Below are positions 63,976 through 64,000 of a DNA stretch of 64,000 nucleotides, piece after piece (the stretch's first letter is position 1; each line of letters opens with the position of its first letter). This DNA comes from an uncultured Candidatus Saccharibacteria bacterium (GTDB lineage Bacteria > Patescibacteriota > Minisyncoccia > RBG-13-40-8-A). The notes under the pieces were generated by a model. The model saw only the letters and a list, made by a program, of their open reading frames with translations, made no database searches and was not told where the DNA came from. The position numbers and the translations under genes were made by a program. The stretch is from positions 321,587 to 385,586 of the forward strand of contig OZ246412.1 in NCBI GenBank assembly GCA_965231075.1. The letters run 5' to 3'.

Positions 63976-64000
63976 TCTTTCTCCGTGTTGCCAACCGACA

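Noticed and set aside
1-64000. CRISPR arrays, transposases, integrases, prophage structural genes
   Set aside because: No direct-repeat/spacer arrays and no recombinase or capsid-like ORFs were seen. The GC-rich cassettes lack associated mobility genes.

Overview
This is an AT-rich (~30-35% GC) bacterial segment with reduced-genome features. Native genes mostly lack Shine-Dalgarno sites. The 16S carries the A-for-C change at the 515F priming site that is reported for Candidate Phyla Radiation / Patescibacteria. There are clade-typical DUF87-type ATPases and sigma-70-region-4 proteins, gatB is present, and the rRNA genes are unlinked. From this I infer a CPR-type organism. Most of the window is housekeeping: murD, murC, trmD, rpsP, rnc, nusB, rpmF, dnaE, thrS, gatB, dcd, trxB, iscU and a nifS-like gene, tyrS, dnaX, alr, serS, lysS, secDF, rsgA and secA. 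It also contains a partial 23S, a complete 16S, tRNA-Ile(GAT), tRNA-Ala(TGC) and tRNA-Gln(TTG).

Features worth a second look:
- A 16S gene whose 3' tail lacks the CCUCC anti-Shine-Dalgarno, in a genome where native genes look SD-less or leaderless.
- Six compositionally alien, GC-rich cassettes, each with its own consensus TTGACA-N17-TATAAT promoter, a perfect AAGGAGGT Shine-Dalgarno and a GC-rich hairpin terminator. They encode a TPM-domain protein, three small membrane proteins, a beta-rich secreted protein, and a dCMP-deaminase/thyX operon inserted beside native dcd.
- A roughly 0.5 kb GC-rich non-coding island (32.0-32.5 kb) with its own promoter, UUCG hairpins and a bidirectional terminator. 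It contains an 18-nt stretch complementary to the canonical 16S 3' end.
- A roughly 100-bp intergenic element present twice, with compensatory stem mutations between the copies.
- Two paralogous loci encoding HerA/VirD4-like (DUF87) ATPases with a membrane N-domain, fused into one gene at one locus and split into two at the other.
- A MiaB-MiaA fusion gene.
- An rRNA locus in which 16S, the spacer tRNAs and 23S are separated by terminators, a small zinc-ribbon gene and 7.6 kb of protein-coding genes.

No CRISPR arrays, transposases or integrases were seen.
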